The notes under the pieces: generated by a model
Seen by the model: only the letters and a program-made list of their open reading frames with translations
What the model was told of the DNA's origin: nothing
Database searches by the model: none
Source of the DNA: Clostridia bacterium
Lineage (GTDB): Bacteria > Bacillota > Clostridia > Lachnospirales > Lachnospiraceae
Reading direction: 5' to 3'
Length of the DNA stretch: 64,000 bases
Assembly (NCBI GenBank): GCA_009929525.1
Contig: SAAH01000003.1
Location: 13,650 to 77,649, forward strand
Position numbers and translations under genes: made by a program
Shown here: positions 30,402 through 39,182 of the stretch, piece after piece
Layout of the letters: every line of letters starts with the position of its first letter
Numbering within the stretch: position 1 is the first letter of the stretch

Positions 30402-30431
30402 GATATAGTGACTCTTTGAGTTACTTGATGG

Positions 30432-30466
30432 AAAGGCGTCAGCCCCTTGGGGTTGGCGCCTTTTTT
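30432..30466 (+). terminator. intrinsic terminator after PFOR
   Basis: AAAGGCGTCAGCCCC pairs with GGGGTTGGCGCCTTT (two G-U pairs), then TTTTTT. Confidence 0.8.
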
Positions 30467-30937
30467 ACGGCAAGGCTGGGTATGGAAAGAGATTGGGTGC
30501 TATGACTCTCTTTTATTTCCATAGGGGTGGACGTGTTCTGCTTTTGATTGGAATTCTTTTAAATCATAGATTTTCATGTTGCCATTGAATTGGGCTATGG
30601 TCACTCCGTCAAAGCTTCCGATGGTATTTTCATAACCGCATTCAAAGTACCATTCTATAAATGCAGTTTTATCTACAATAGTGATGTCTTCGTTGCTATG
30701 CTGATCCGGCGGGGCATATACACAAAAGTGCAGAAATATATTCCGTATTGCCAAGCTAAACACGATGATTTTAAGTGAATTGGGGCATCTGCAACAAATT
30801 TATACTATTGCCGCGTTATTGAGTCCTGACACAGGGCAGGAGGCGAATATTACTTGTCTTTGACCAAGATAGCAGAAACGCTAATACAAAGAAACAGAAT
30901 CAATTCACACAACGTACTTTCACTCCACCAATACACA

Positions 30938-31218
30938 GCCACCCATGGACCGGAGCTTGCCAGGGCAGGAAGGGCGGAAAGAGTGGCATCGAGCCTGCGC
31001 TGATAAAAATCTTGGTGCGGGAAGGGCAGAGTGGGTTGAGTGAAGTGTGCTCACCAAAGCACACTTCAAAGACACCTGAGGTGCGTATGCATCAGCATAC
31101 GTGCCGAATGTGGCTGATCTCGATCCAACCTGCCCTTCCCGCACCTAGATTTTTACAGCAAAGGATCTGCCATTCTTTCCGCCCTTCCTGCCCTGGCAAG
31201 CTCCGGTCCATGGGTGGC
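30938..31218. repeat. 281-bp nested near-perfect palindrome (long-hairpin element) of unknown function
   Basis: Outer arms 30938-30988 and 31168-31218 are reverse complements at 50/51 positions. Inner arms 31005-31029 and 31130-31154 match at 24/25. Apical hairpins at 31041-31068 and 31080-31105. The element is GC-rich in an AT-rich gap. Confidence 0.85.
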
Positions 31219-31273
31219 GTCCCCTCCCTCCCAATACAAATTGCAAAATCCCCTTTATAACCCTCAATTAAAA

Positions 31274-31282
31274 TGCTATAAT
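31274..31282 (+). promoter_or_regulatory. extended -10 promoter element (TGcTATAAT) for the PRTase-like operon
   Basis: TGCTATAAT at 31274-31282, 77 nt upstream of ATG 31359. No good -35, consistent with an extended -10 promoter. Confidence 0.45.
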
Positions 31283-31358
31283 AAACACATAAAAACTCGG
31301 GGGCAATCCCCGCCATATTTATGCAATATGGCGGTGGATACAAGTAAGGAGGTATTTT

Positions 31359-32000
31359 ATGGAAAGTAGAATGCATAAGATTTTTGCTGAAGAAGACAGA
31401 AAGATTGCTTTGAAGGTGTATGAAGGACATTTTGCAACACCTCATTCTCATATCACGCATTATTTTGATATGACAACACTGCGGACGCGAGCTTCAGAGG
31501 CGTCGGCGGTTGCAAGGGTGCTGGCAAGGCATTATGAGCTTAGTACGATCGTAGATACGATCATCTGTATGGACGGGACAGAGGTTATTGGCGCATATCT
31601 GGCTGAGGAACTTTCAAATGCAGGTATCATGTCTATGAATGCACATGAGACGATTTATGTAGTAGCACCGGAGATCAACATTAATGGACAGCTCATGTTT
31701 CAAGATAACATGACTCCGATGATCAAGAATAAAAATGTATTGATATTAACGGCTTCTGCTACAACGGGTGGTTCCTTACAGACCTGCATGGACTGTGTAA
31801 AATATTATGAAGGAAAGCTTCAGGGAGCATGTGCGATATTCAGCGCGATCAGAAAAGTAAATGATATGCCGGTCATCTCTATCTTTTCATCAGATCAGGT
31901 AGCAGAATACAGAAGTTATACAACAAGAGAATGCCCGAATTGCCGTGCACAAAAAAAGATAGATGCGATAGTGAATGGGTTCGGATATTCCAAATTATAA
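31359..32000 (+). CDS. phosphoribosyltransferase-fold protein with a degenerate PRPP motif and two CxxC pairs
   Basis: The PRPP-loop-like segment VLILTASATTGGSL lacks the usual acidic pair (consensus VLIVDDvxTTGgT). CMDC and CPNC motifs lie in the C-terminal part. RBS AAGGAGG with an 6-nt spacer. Confidence 0.7.
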   Translation: MESRMHKIFAEEDRKIALKVYEGHFATPHSHITHYFDMTTLRTRASEASAVARVLARHYELSTIVDTIICMDGTEVIGAYLAEELSNAGIMSMNAHETIYVVAPEININGQLMFQDNMTPMIKNKNVLILTASATTGGSLQTCMDCVKYYEGKLQGACAIFSAIRKVNDMPVISIFSSDQVAEYRSYTTRECPNCRAQKKIDAIVNGFGYSKL

Positions 32001-32028
32001 ACAGGAAAGAGTAGGAAAAGACAGCAGT

Positions 32029-32580
32029 ATGGACAGATTGATGAAAAATATCGTGGATCAGATCAAGGAAGCACAAATGAAACTGGGATATATCAAGGAA
32101 ACAGTAAGACTGTATTATCCGATTTCTTCGCTGAACGCACTTTTGGGTACTAAGATGGAAGATGAAGAGGGAATGCTTTCTAAGCTAAGGGAAATGGTAA
32201 AATCAGAGTCATTTGTATCTAAGTATCCGGCATTTGCATCGATTCTATTTGATATGCACAGCGGGAGGGCTGAGATAAGTATACCTCCGGAAGGTGCAGC
32301 TTATGTCCATAAAAGTGTAAAAGAATCTTCTTTTCTTAAAGACATTATCGAATTATTCCAAACACATCACAGCTGCAGTCTGGATGAAATCCGTGCGATT
32401 TTTGACAGATACAGCGATGATTACATGTGTAAAAGGATGGAAGTTGGGATGGACTTTGATTATGTGATACATTTTTCAGATGAGTCCATTGATGAATATT
32501 ATTATTGTATCAAAATGGAGATGGGACATACGATTTATCATCGGTTTATGAAGGAAGATTATGAGCTGCTGTTTGCATAA
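32029..32580 (+). CDS. hypothetical protein (possibly DUF3877-like)
   Basis: Coding-like ORF immediately after the PRTase-like gene. The start at ATG 32029 is chosen to avoid overlap; in-frame ATG 31975 is the alternative. The family name is from memory only. Confidence 0.55.
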   Translation: MDRLMKNIVDQIKEAQMKLGYIKETVRLYYPISSLNALLGTKMEDEEGMLSKLREMVKSESFVSKYPAFASILFDMHSGRAEISIPPEGAAYVHKSVKESSFLKDIIELFQTHHSCSLDEIRAIFDRYSDDYMCKRMEVGMDFDYVIHFSDESIDEYYYCIKMEMGHTIYHRFMKEDYELLFA

Positions 32581-32670
32581 GGAAGAAAACGTCTGGAAGA
32601 ATGCAATCCCTTTGTTACTGAACAATGAATGAGCAGGAACACATATACCTGCTGAAAATGTAATTTGAAA

Positions 32671-32701
32671 AGATGGCTGTATTGTACAGCTGTCTTTTTT
32701 A
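32671..32701 (+). terminator. intrinsic terminator after the PRTase-like operon
   Basis: GATGGCTGTA pairs with TACAGCTGTC (two G-U pairs), followed by TTTTTT. Confidence 0.65.
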
Positions 32702-32892
32702 TGCTATAATATCAAAGATATTATACTGCCATGAGAAGGCAGGACGACATACTAAGAGTACTATATGGGAGTATATTCATATATGAATGAAAAACTGGAT
32801 ACTTACAGTTGTCTATATAAAATGATGTACAGATCAGATAATGAAAAAAGAAACGCATAGCTGCGTATAATGGAAAGGAAATATAAAGACAC

Positions 32893-33693
32893 ATGACGGT
32901 AAACAACGTATTTATTATTAGGAGATTACAAGGCCTGGATGAAATGTTTGTGGCTTTTTCAGCAGTAACAAGGATGCCTTATGCAACATGTGATGAGGAA
33001 ACTTTCAACGATCAGGTATGGATCTTTACAGATCAGGAAAAAGTTCAGGAATTTGCGAAAAGTCATACAGAAAAGAAGATACTTATCATGGGAGTGAAGG
33101 TAAAAAAAGAGGAAGCCCCCATGTTTTATATGAACCTGTTTTCTATGGGGATCAATGAAATTGTATTTCAGGATGGAGAAGCACAGCACAAACTTGAACT
33201 GACAAGTGTGGTGAAGATGCCTGATTATGAAAAATTAGAAGAAAAACAAAGACCGATATTAAATCCACAGTTACAGCTCTCGGCGATTTATTTTTTGCAG
33301 CAGCTTAGAAGACCGGGCGTTGAACCGGACAAGGCTGCATTGAAAGAACTTGAGGAAGAGATGTCAGTTAATCTGGTAAAGTCCAAGTATCTTTTGCCTG
33401 TAGATATTCAAGAGGGGAAGGATGGAGAGAGTACTCCAGAGAATATTCGCCTCATTTATGTGCAGAATAAAGAAGGAGAAAGATTCCAGCCTATATTCTC
33501 AGACACAGGAGAACTGATGAAGCATTACCGGAATAAAGAACAAAAACACAGGTTATTACAACCTACTTTCGAACAGCTTCCGAAGTATATGATAAAAGAT
33601 GTACAGGGATATGTGCTGAATCCAGAAGGAATCAATCTTATCCTGAAGAAAGAACAGATTGAGATTTTATTAAAATATTATAACAAACAGTAG
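32893..33693 (+). CDS. hypothetical protein (SseB-like, tentative)
   Basis: 266-aa ORF with coding-like composition, located upstream of the M16 peptidase gene. The SseB similarity is recalled, not verified. Confidence 0.5.
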   Translation: MTVNNVFIIRRLQGLDEMFVAFSAVTRMPYATCDEETFNDQVWIFTDQEKVQEFAKSHTEKKILIMGVKVKKEEAPMFYMNLFSMGINEIVFQDGEAQHKLELTSVVKMPDYEKLEEKQRPILNPQLQLSAIYFLQQLRRPGVEPDKAALKELEEEMSVNLVKSKYLLPVDIQEGKDGESTPENIRLIYVQNKEGERFQPIFSDTGELMKHYRNKEQKHRLLQPTFEQLPKYMIKDVQGYVLNPEGINLILKKEQIEILLKYYNKQ

Positions 33694-33778
33694 TATGATA
33701 AAAAATCAAGAGCGGAGCGGGCCAATTGCCGGATGGTAGGAGGACCCGCTCCTATAAAATGAAATGGAGGTTATAACA

Positions 33779-36700
33779 GTGCTGATCACAGATTGTAAAG
33801 CATATGAGCTGCTCGAACGCCAGATGATAGAAGATATCCACGCAGAAGGATATCTGCTGCGTCATAAAAAGAGTGGTGCAAGAGTGATGCTCCTCGAAAA
33901 TGATGACGAAAATAAAGTTTTTAATATTGCATTCAGGACGCCGCCCTCAGACAGTACAGGGGTTGCCCATATATTGGAGCACAGTGTTTTGTGCGGATCC
34001 AGGAATTTTCCATTGAAAGACCCATTTGTAGAACTTGTGAAAGGGTCTTTGAATACATTTTTAAATGCGATGACATATCCGGATAAGACAATGTATCCAG
34101 TAGCCAGCTGCAATGATCAGGATTTTCAGAATCTGATGCATGTCTATCTGGATGCGGTATTTTATCCAAATATCTATGAGAAAGAAGAAATATTCCGTCA
34201 GGAGGGCTGGAGTTATCAGTTGGAGTCTGTGGATGAGCCTCTTAGGTATAATGGTGTTGTATACAATGAGATGAAGGGTGCTTTTTCTTCTCCTGATGAG
34301 GTGCTTGACAGGGAAATTTATAATATCCTTTTCCCGGACACACCATATGGGGTAGAATCAGGCGGTGATCCTAAGAATATACCGGATCTTACCTATGAAG
34401 CATTTCTGGATTTTCATAAAAAATATTATCATCCGTCTAACAGCTATATTTATCTCTATGGAAATATGGATATGGCTGAAAAGCTGGAATGGATGGATAG
34501 GGAATACCTTGGAAAATTTGATGAGATTTCAGTGGATTCGAAGATTTTAGGTCAGAAAGCATTTGATAAGCCGGTAGAACATGTGATAGAGTATCCTGTT
34601 TCTGAAAATGGATCGGAAGAGGAGAACACTTATCTGTCCTGCAGTACCGTAGTGGGCAATGGATTGGATGTGGAGCTGTGTACCGCATTTGAGGTTCTGG
34701 ATTATGTCCTTTTGTCAGCCCCGGGAGCACCGCTTCGACAGGCACTTTTGGATGCAGGGATTGGAAAAGATGTGGAAGGCGGATATAATGATGGAATCTA
34801 CCAGCCATTTTTTACGATAGTTGTTAAGAACAGTGAAGAAAAATATAAGGAAAAGTTCCTTCAGACGATACAGGAAACCTTGGAGAAAATCGCAAAAGAA
34901 GGAATCGACAAGAAGGCTGTCGCAGCAGGGATCAATTACCTGGAGTTCAGATTTCGTGAGGCAGATTATGCTTCTTATCCAAGAGGGCTGATGTATGGGA
35001 TCGATGTGTTTGACAGTTGGCTTTATGATGATACAAAACCATTTATTCATCTGCAGAGGCTGGGAGCGTTTGAAAGCCTGAAAGAGAAAGCCGGACAGGG
35101 ATATTTTGAAGATTTGATCAAAGAATATTTGTTGGATAATTCTCATACAGCGATCGTTATCAGCGTACCCAAAAAAGGACTGGCAAACAGGCAGGAGCAG
35201 GAGATAGAGGAAAAACTTGCAGCCTATAAGGATACGCTTAGCAGACAGCAGCTGGACGAACTTGTGGAAAAGACACAGCATCTGAAAGAATACCAGGAAA
35301 GTGAAGATTCAGAGGAAGCAAAAGCAAGGATACCTATGCTGAAACGTTCGGACATTGATAAAGAGACAGTCAAACTTTACAATACACCGCACATGGTTCA
35401 TGGAAGTACAGTGCTGCATCATAATGTGGAAACCAATGGGATCACTTATCTGACACTTCTCTTTGATACAAAGAATGTGCCGGACGAATTGATCTCATAT
35501 ATGGGTATTTTAAAATCAGTGCTGGGATATGTGGATACAGCTCACTATACCTATGGGGAACTTTTCCATGAGATCAATGCACAAAGCGGAGGCATCAACT
35601 GTGGTCTTCAGGCCTTTGTTCAGGAAGACGTCAAAGATGATTCTATCAGAATGTTCGGTGTTCGCACCAAATACCTGACAGCAAGTGAGAATTTTGTTTT
35701 TGGAATGATCAGAGAGATTCTGTTTACATCAAAGTTGGATAGTGATAAACGTATCCACGAGATTATTTCTCGTCAAAAAGCAAAATTAGAATCTGCATTG
35801 AGTGAGGCTGGACACTCCACAGCGGTAAGAAGGGCTGCTTCTTATTACTCCCCAGGTTCGGAGTTTTTAGATCGAGTAGGGGGAATCGCTTATTTCCGTC
35901 TCATCGAAGATTTAGACAAAAACTTTGAAGAGAAAAAGCAAGATCTTAAGGAAAAACTTGGAAAGCTGATCCAGATGATATTTAGGCCTGAGAACTTGTT
36001 TGTCAGTGTGACAGCAAATGATGAAGGATATAAGGGCGTAGAAAGACAGATTGCCCTGTTCCAGCCACTGCTTTATAAAACACCGGTGGAAAAAGGAAGC
36101 ATAAAATATGAATTGATCCAGAAGAATGAAGGCTTTTTCACTGCCGGGCAGGTTCAGTATGTGGCGGCAGGCGGTAATTTTAAAGAAGCGGGGTATGAAT
36201 ATACAGGTGCACTTCGGATATTGAAGGTCATCTTAAGCTATGACTATCTGTGGATGAATATACGTGTCAAGGGTGGTGCTTATGGATGTATGAGCAGTTT
36301 TAGAAGGACCGGAGACAGTTTTCTGGTATCTTATCGTGATCCCCATCTAAAGGAAACACTGGATGTCTTTGAAGGAACACCAAAGTATCTGGAAGAATTC
36401 CAGGTAGATGAGAGAGAAATGACAAAGTATATCATTGGAACGATCAGTGAACTGGATGTACCTATGAATCCATCCGCAAAAGGAGAACTTTCTTTGAATG
36501 CTTGGATTGGAAACATCACAAGAGAATCACTGCAAAAGGAAAGAGATGAGATCCTGAATGCTTCCGTAGAAGATATAAGAGCACTTTCAGGTTTGATCCA
36601 GTCAATTTTAGACCAGAAAAATATCTGTGTGGTGGGAAGTGAATCCATGCTGATGAAAAACAAAGAGATACTCAAAAGTGTAGAATCGTTGATCGGCTGA
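33779..36700 (+). CDS. M16-family (PreP-like, M16C) zinc metallopeptidase
   Basis: Inverzincin motif HILEH with downstream E residues, ~970 aa. GTG 33779 lies 8 nt after GGAGG. The in-frame ATG 33764 lacks an RBS. Confidence 0.85.
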   Translation: MLITDCKAYELLERQMIEDIHAEGYLLRHKKSGARVMLLENDDENKVFNIAFRTPPSDSTGVAHILEHSVLCGSRNFPLKDPFVELVKGSLNTFLNAMTYPDKTMYPVASCNDQDFQNLMHVYLDAVFYPNIYEKEEIFRQEGWSYQLESVDEPLRYNGVVYNEMKGAFSSPDEVLDREIYNILFPDTPYGVESGGDPKNIPDLTYEAFLDFHKKYYHPSNSYIYLYGNMDMAEKLEWMDREYLGKFDEISVDSKILGQKAFDKPVEHVIEYPVSENGSEEENTYLSCSTVVGNGLDVELCTAFEVLDYVLLSAPGAPLRQALLDAGIGKDVEGGYNDGIYQPFFTIVVKNSEEKYKEKFLQTIQETLEKIAKEGIDKKAVAAGINYLEFRFREADYASYPRGLMYGIDVFDSWLYDDTKPFIHLQRLGAFESLKEKAGQGYFEDLIKEYLLDNSHTAIVISVPKKGLANRQEQEIEEKLAAYKDTLSRQQLDELVEKTQHLKEYQESEDSEEAKARIPMLKRSDIDKETVKLYNTPHMVHGSTVLHHNVETNGITYLTLLFDTKNVPDELISYMGILKSVLGYVDTAHYTYGELFHEINAQSGGINCGLQAFVQEDVKDDSIRMFGVRTKYLTASENFVFGMIREILFTSKLDSDKRIHEIISRQKAKLESALSEAGHSTAVRRAASYYSPGSEFLDRVGGIAYFRLIEDLDKNFEEKKQDLKEKLGKLIQMIFRPENLFVSVTANDEGYKGVERQIALFQPLLYKTPVEKGSIKYELIQKNEGFFTAGQVQYVAAGGNFKEAGYEYTGALRILKVILSYDYLWMNIRVKGGAYGCMSSFRRTGDSFLVSYRDPHLKETLDVFEGTPKYLEEFQVDEREMTKYIIGTISELDVPMNPSAKGELSLNAWIGNITRESLQKERDEILNASVEDIRALSGLIQSILDQKNICVVGSESMLMKNKEILKSVESLIG

Positions 36701-36765
36701 TAGTGCTGGGATGTAACGATGACAGCTGTCAGGTCTTGAAAAGACCGGAATATAAGGAGAAATGA

Positions 36766-37671
36766 ATGAACGAAAATTTCAAATCAGGTTTTGTAGCAAT
36801 CATAGGACGGCCAAATGTAGGAAAATCTACATTGATGAATCATTTGATAGGACAGAAGATCGCGATCACTTCAAAAAAACCACAGACCACCAGAAATAAG
36901 ATACAGACAGTATATACCTGCGAAGATGGACAGATTGTATTTCTTGATACCCCTGGGATCCATAAGGCAAAAAATAAACTGGGCGAATATATGGTAAATG
37001 TTGCGGAGCAGACACTGAAGGATGTGGACGTGGTAATGTGGCTGGTAGAGCCTTCTACTTTCATAGGTGCCGGTGAAAAACATATCGCAGAGCAGCTGGA
37101 GAAGGTAAAACTTCCAGTTGTACTGGTGATCAACAAGGTGGACACCATTAAAAGAGAGGATGTCCTGAAGGTGATCGATACCTATCGTAAGCTGTATGAT
37201 TTTGCGGAGATTATTCCGGCGTCAGCTCTTCGCGGGCAAAATACTGCTGATATCATCCCCAGTCTGTTCAAATATATGACGTATGGCCCGATGTTTTATG
37301 ATGAGGATACCGTGACGGATCAGCCGCAGAGACAGATCGTATCTGAGGTCATAAGAGAAAAAGCACTTCATGCCCTGGATGAGGAGATTCCCCATGGGAT
37401 CGCAGTCACCATAGAGAAGATGAAAGAAAGAAAAGGACAGCCGATCATAGATATCGAGGCTACCATAGTTTGTGAGAGAGAATCTCACAAAGGAATCATC
37501 ATTGGAAAACAGGGAGCTATGCTGAAAAAAATCGGAAGCAATGCACGTTTCGAGATTGAAAAGATGCTGGAAGAAAAGGTAAATCTGAAAATCTGGGTCA
37601 AGGTGAGAAAAGATTGGCGTGACAGTGATATTCAGATGAAAAACTTTGGATATAACAAGAAAGAGATATAA
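36766..37671 (+). CDS. era: GTPase Era
   Basis: G1 [10 protein letters not shown]3 DTPG, G4 NKVD and a C-terminal KH domain ([16 protein letters not shown]). Confidence 0.95.
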   Translation: MNENFKSGFVAIIGRPNVGKSTLMNHLIGQKIAITSKKPQTTRNKIQTVYTCEDGQIVFLDTPGIHKAKNKLGEYMVNVAEQTLKDVDVVMWLVEPSTFIGAGEKHIAEQLEKVKLPVVLVINKVDTIKREDVLKVIDTYRKLYDFAEIIPASALRGQNTADIIPSLFKYMTYGPMFYDEDTVTDQPQRQIVSEVIREKALHALDEEIPHGIAVTIEKMKERKGQPIIDIEATIVCERESHKGIIIGKQGAMLKKIGSNARFEIEKMLEEKVNLKIWVKVRKDWRDSDIQMKNFGYNKKEI

Positions 37672-37676
37672 TCAAT

Positions 37677-38423
37677 ATGAGTGATTCCATTACTGTTACG
37701 GGGATGGTTCTTGCAGCCACGCCTGTAGGCGATTATGACAAAAGAGTGGTCATACTTACCCGGGAGAGAGGGAAGATCACTGCATTTGCAAGAGGAGCAA
37801 GGAAGAGTACGAGCCAGTTTCTTGCGGCGGCAAATCCCTTTGTATTTGGAAGTTTTCAGCTATACGAGGGAAGAAGCGCTTATACGCTTGGACAGGCGAA
37901 CATCAAAGAGTATTTTACAGAACTGGCGGCCAGACAGCCCGGAGTATATTATGGATTCTATTTTCTGGAGATAGCTGATTATTATGGACAGGAGGGAAAT
38001 CGGGAAACTTCGATGCTGAACCTTTTGTATGTGACGATGAAGGCACTGCTTAATGACAGGATCTCTGATAAACTGATAAGAGCAATCTTCGAACTTCGTG
38101 CCATGGTCATAAACGGGGAATATCCCAATGTATTTGAATGTACAGCCTGCAAAAAAAAAGAAGAGTTGACTCATATATCTCAAGGACATGCAGGGAGTGT
38201 ATGCAGCGACTGCGTAGGAGTGATCCATGATGCAAGACCGGTATCTGCGACAGCACTTTATACACTTCAGTATATTATCACGGCACCTATTGAGAAATTA
38301 TATACGTTTACGCTTAAACCAGAGGCGGAGAGAGAAGTTGGAAAATGGATGGCGAGTTACATAGACCGGCATACGGACCGCAGATTTAAAAGCCTTGAGA
38401 TTCTGAATCTTATGGACTCATGA
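37677..38423 (+). CDS. recO: DNA repair protein RecO
   Basis: 248 aa, directly downstream of era (conserved synteny). OB-fold N-terminus and a Cys4 cluster CTACKK...CSDC. Confidence 0.88.
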   Translation: MSDSITVTGMVLAATPVGDYDKRVVILTRERGKITAFARGARKSTSQFLAAANPFVFGSFQLYEGRSAYTLGQANIKEYFTELAARQPGVYYGFYFLEIADYYGQEGNRETSMLNLLYVTMKALLNDRISDKLIRAIFELRAMVINGEYPNVFECTACKKKEELTHISQGHAGSVCSDCVGVIHDARPVSATALYTLQYIITAPIEKLYTFTLKPEAEREVGKWMASYIDRHTDRRFKSLEILNLMDS

Positions 38424-38476
38424 CACTTTACAAACAAAAGGTCAGAATGTATAATACTAATAGCTGTTCGGAGGGA

Positions 38477-39109
38477 ATGATTATGAGGAAACGCAGTATT
38501 GCTTTGGTCTTGTCAGCAGTTGTGCTGTTGTCGGGATGTGGAAAAATAGAAGATGTTACAGAATCCACAGTAACTGTGGACGAAAAAGGCGTTGTAACAG
38601 AGGCACTGGTTGAGACATTTTCTTCAGAGCAGTACGATCTTACAGAATTGGAATCAAGTGTCAAAGAGTTGGTGGATGCCTATAATAAAGATGCAGGTAA
38701 GACGCAGGTAACTCTGAAAAAAACAGAAGTAAAGGATGAAACCGCCCATGTTTTGATGGAATATGGAACAGATGATGATTATCGTGGGTTTAATCAGGTA
38801 GATTTCTTTGCGGGGACAGTGAAGGATGCTGTGAAAGACGAATACAGCTTTTCTGGTGATTTTACAGATAAGTCAGGAAAAGATGTTTCCGAAGGTACAG
38901 TCCCTGACAATTGTGAGGATGCGAAAGTTGTGATCATTCGGGAACCGCTGTGTGTATTGGTTCCGGGTACGATCCTATATGTGAGTAAGAATATGGAGAT
39001 ATTAGGGAATGACAGGGCAAGACTTGTTGATGATACTGGGATTCCCTATGAAAATGCTCAGGTGTCTACAGAGGCATATGGATACGTAATTTACAATGAA
39101 GAAAAGTAA
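38477..39109 (+). CDS. lipoprotein of unknown function
   Basis: Signal peptide with lipobox MIMRKRSIALVLSAVVLLSGC. Start at ATG 38477 or 38483, after GGAGGGA. Confidence 0.7.
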   Translation: MIMRKRSIALVLSAVVLLSGCGKIEDVTESTVTVDEKGVVTEALVETFSSEQYDLTELESSVKELVDAYNKDAGKTQVTLKKTEVKDETAHVLMEYGTDDDYRGFNQVDFFAGTVKDAVKDEYSFSGDFTDKSGKDVSEGTVPDNCEDAKVVIIREPLCVLVPGTILYVSKNMEILGNDRARLVDDTGIPYENAQVSTEAYGYVIYNEEK

Positions 39110-39182
39110 AAGCTGCAGAAAATGAATTGTTAAAAAACAGATAGGCAAAAGCACATCTGGATAATATAAAAGGAGATCAATT

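Noticed and set aside
30500-30763. 87-codon - strand ORF as a real gene
   Set aside because: It has only a GTG start, no SD, no internal ATG until near the end, and an in-frame stop 13 codons upstream. I treat it as a possible gene relic (see findings), not an annotated CDS.
30938-31218. Palindrome as an invertible promoter (inverton) or a retron msr/msd
   Set aside because: The interior is itself palindromic, so inversion would change almost nothing. No invertase/recombinase gene and no reverse transcriptase gene exists anywhere in the 64 kb.
30920-31260. Two ORFs (74 aa on the - strand, 82 aa on the + strand) inside the palindrome
   Set aside because: They are mirror images generated by the inverted repeat; both encode HSFRPSCPGKLRSMGG. 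They have no RBS and a Pro/Arg/Cys/Ser-rich composition.
39110-39182. T-box leader expected upstream of glyQS
   Set aside because: The intergenic region is only 73 nt, with no specifier-loop or T-box sequence. glyQS appears to be co-transcribed with era-recO-lipoprotein.
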